The position numbers and the translations under genes are program-made. From Escherichia coli (GTDB lineage: Bacteria; Pseudomonadota; Gammaproteobacteria; Enterobacterales; Enterobacteriaceae), in assembly GCF_048320145.1 (NCBI RefSeq), contig NZ_CP182912.1: a stretch of DNA of 32,000 nt, one strand, 5' to 3'. The notes under the pieces are model-generated. The model saw only the letters and a list, made by a program, of their open reading frames with translations. It was not told the DNA's origin and searched no databases. Below are positions 29,873 through 32,000 of the stretch, piece after piece; position 1 is the first letter of the stretch; every line of letters begins with the position of its first letter.

Positions 29873-31313
29873 GCTCCTGTTGCGCGGCTTTCGCTTTGCG
29901 GCGTAACCACAATCCTTTCAGGACGATAATGAATGAAATGTTCAGCGCGAGGCCAATCGCCAGCACCAGATAAAACGAACCCACCGGCGACATCAGGCCG
30001 ATCAGCGGGTCAAAGATACCCAAACCAGGTGCCAGACGTTTGATTCCGAAAGCGATCACCAGCACGCCGGTAATGCCACCCGCCAGCGTATTGGCGGTAA
30101 TCATCGGCAACGGAGCTGCCAGAGCGTAAGGTATAGCCGGTTCGGTTGCGACTGTGGCACCGACCACAATGGCACTACTGGCAGCCTCTTTTTCCTGTCG
30201 GGTAAACAGTTTGGGCGCAATGAACGTCGCAAGACCCGCCGCAACGGGCGGCATCAACGCGACAACGCCGACGATGGCGTACCAGTCATAAATATGTTTT
30301 TCCAGCAGTGAGAAGCAGAAGAACCAGGCGGTTTTATTGATGGGGCCGCCCATATCGAACGCCAGCATCGCACCGACCAGAAACGCTGCCGCAAACTTCA
30401 TTGATGGAGGAATGGTATTCAGGAAGTGGAGCAGCCCGCCCATGAGGTCGGACATCACCGGCCCGATAACGTAGTAAGTGAGCACGCCGAAAACCAGCAG
30501 AGTAACGAACGGGATCAGCATTGAACCGAGCAGCGGTTGTAATGCTTTGCCAAGGCGCACTTTGCGGAACCAGAAGACGAAATAGCCAATCGCCAGCCCC
30601 AGCACCACCGCGCCGAGGAATCCCGCACCCGACTGGGTGCCGAGCAGCGCTTTGTCGTTCGCCAGATAGCAAACCAGAAACGCCGGAGCGAAAGCCGGTT
30701 TATCGGCAATCGACGAGGCAATATAAGCGCCCATGATGGGGATCATAAAGGTGAAGCCAAGGTAACCGATGGATTCAACTACCAAGGTAAACGACGGCGC
30801 GCCTTTCGACATATCGGTATACGGCAAACCGAACTGCACCAGCATGTTGGCAAGCGCCACCAGGATACCACCGCCGATGACAAACGGCAGCGCCGCAGAG
30901 ACGCCCGCCATCAGGTGGCTCATCACGCTGCCGCTTTGCACTTCCTGTTTGCCAAGCTTCACGCCGCTATCTGCGGCAAAAAGCTGCGAGTTTGTCGGTA
31001 ATTCGCTGAAAATCTGGTCGATATTTTTCAACGCCTGGGAGATGGCAATCTCATAAACTTTCTTCCCGGCAAACCGCGCGCGATCATCACCGCTCAGGCC
31101 ACGCCCGGTAGCGAGAATGACGTAATCGGCAGCGGCAATCTCTTCGCTGGATAAGCGGTTTTCAACGCCACTGGACCCTTGAGTTTCCACTTTTATGGTA
31201 TGGCCGAGAGAACGGGCTTTCTGTTCCAGGGCTTCCGCCACCATGTAGGTGTGAGCGATCCCGGCGGGGCAGTTGGTGATCGCGACAATACGTAAGGATG
31301 ACTCCATCGCCAC
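29856..31313 (-). CDS. frvB: Fructose-like PTS enzyme IIBC component FrvB
   Basis: NCPAGIAHTYMVAEAL IIB phosphocysteine motif and multi-spanning IIC with GGPINKTAW. Confidence 0.92.
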   Translation of the reverse strand: MAMESSLRIVAITNCPAGIAHTYMVAEALEQKARSLGHTIKVETQGSSGVENRLSSEEIAAADYVILATGRGLSGDDRARFAGKKVYEIAISQALKNIDQIFSELPTNSQLFAADSGVKLGKQEVQSGSVMSHLMAGVSAALPFVIGGGILVALANMLVQFGLPYTDMSKGAPSFTLVVESIGYLGFTFMIPIMGAYIASSIADKPAFAPAFLVCYLANDKALLGTQSGAGFLGAVVLGLAIGYFVFWFRKVRLGKALQPLLGSMLIPFVTLLVFGVLTYYVIGPVMSDLMGGLLHFLNTIPPSMKFAAAFLVGAMLAFDMGGPINKTAWFFCFSLLEKHIYDWYAIVGVVALMPPVAAGLATFIAPKLFTRQEKEAASSAIVVGATVATEPAIPYALAAPLPMITANTLAGGITGVLVIAFGIKRLAPGLGIFDPLIGLMSPVGSFYLVLAIGLALNISFIIVLKGLWLRRKAKAAQQELVHEH

Positions 31314-31317
31314 TTCC

Positions 31318-31764
31318 TTATGAGCTGAGGGTTTGATTTAACAAGGCAAGCACCTGGTCGGCGTCGCCCTGTTGCAGTTGATGAATAAAATCCTGGTGGA
31401 TAATTTTGCGACACAGTGTGCCGATGATTTTGACCTGATCCTCTTCGCCGCTTTGCGGCACGCCGAGGCAGATCCAGCAATTGACGTCTTCGCCATCGCT
31501 GGCTTTCCAGTCAATAGCCTGCGCTTTGCGGGCGAATAATACGAACGGTTGTTTAACGCAGGCGCTTTTACCGTGCGGCACGGCGACACCGGAACCAAAT
31601 CCAGTAGAGTGCATTTTTTCGCGCAGCAGCAGGGTTTGCAGGAACTGGTGTGAGTCGGTGATAAAACCGTTTTGTAACGCTATTGTCGCCAACTGCTTCA
31701 GAACGGAATAAGCGCCATTGCCCTGAATATTCAGGTCAATACAGCTTGCAGTAAGAGCTGCCAT
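31318..31764 (-). CDS. frvA: Fructose-like PTS enzyme IIA component FrvA
   Basis: 148-aa ORF with the GSGVAVPHGK phosphohistidine motif; first gene of frvABXR. Confidence 0.92.
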   Translation of the reverse strand: MAALTASCIDLNIQGNGAYSVLKQLATIALQNGFITDSHQFLQTLLLREKMHSTGFGSGVAVPHGKSACVKQPFVLFARKAQAIDWKASDGEDVNCWICLGVPQSGEEDQVKIIGTLCRKIIHQDFIHQLQQGDADQVLALLNQTLSS

Positions 31765-32000
31765 TAATCGGACTCCATAAAATATATTTTAATCAATTGT
31801 AATGGTGGAGCGATTAAGTGATGAGAGGCGATATGTCGGTAAACAATGACAATTTGAGACAGAGTGAAAGGTCAGATTTGCGGAGTAATGCACATAATGG
31901 TTATTTAAATAAACCACATGAATCATTAATGGGTTATTCATTATTTTTGTGATTTACTCACAATGTATCAGGGAAATATAACTTACCGGGAGATGTAATA

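Noticed and set aside
31947-31963. CRP-like palindrome TTGTGA-TTTAC-TCACAA upstream of frvA
   Set aside because: The spacer between TGTGA and TCACA is 5 nt rather than the 6 nt of a canonical CRP site, so I did not call it. A footprint with cAMP-CRP would settle it.

Overview
The window looks like an Enterobacteriaceae chromosome, essentially the Escherichia coli yihM to frvA interval. I recognised families from protein motifs and gene order; no database search was run. Left to right it contains: yihM/yihN; the sulfoquinovose (sulfo-EMP) catabolic cluster ompL-yihO-yihP-yihQ-yihR-yihS-yihT-yihU, divergent from yihV-yihW(csqR); the overlapping run yihX-yihY-dtd-yiiD(fabY); an AT-rich gap with a candidate 35-codon small ORF; two paralogous ribbon-helix-helix-like genes, yiiE and yiiF; the aerobic selenocysteine formate dehydrogenase fdoG-fdoH-fdoI with fdhE, and the divergent fdhD; the lipoprotein gene yiiG; and the frvA-frvB-frvX-frvR PTS/peptidase operon. 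The supplied ORF track splits fdoG in two at an in-frame UGA, and this is best read as selenocysteine. I found no CRISPR array, phage, transposase, tRNA or rRNA, and no convincing wholly new system. The items most worth a second look are the unannotated small ORF at 17806-17913, the roughly 95-bp imperfect duplication upstream of both yiiE and yiiF, the recurrent GTCACTTTTT motif in the yihU/yihV and yihW control regions, and several hairpins inside polycistronic units.
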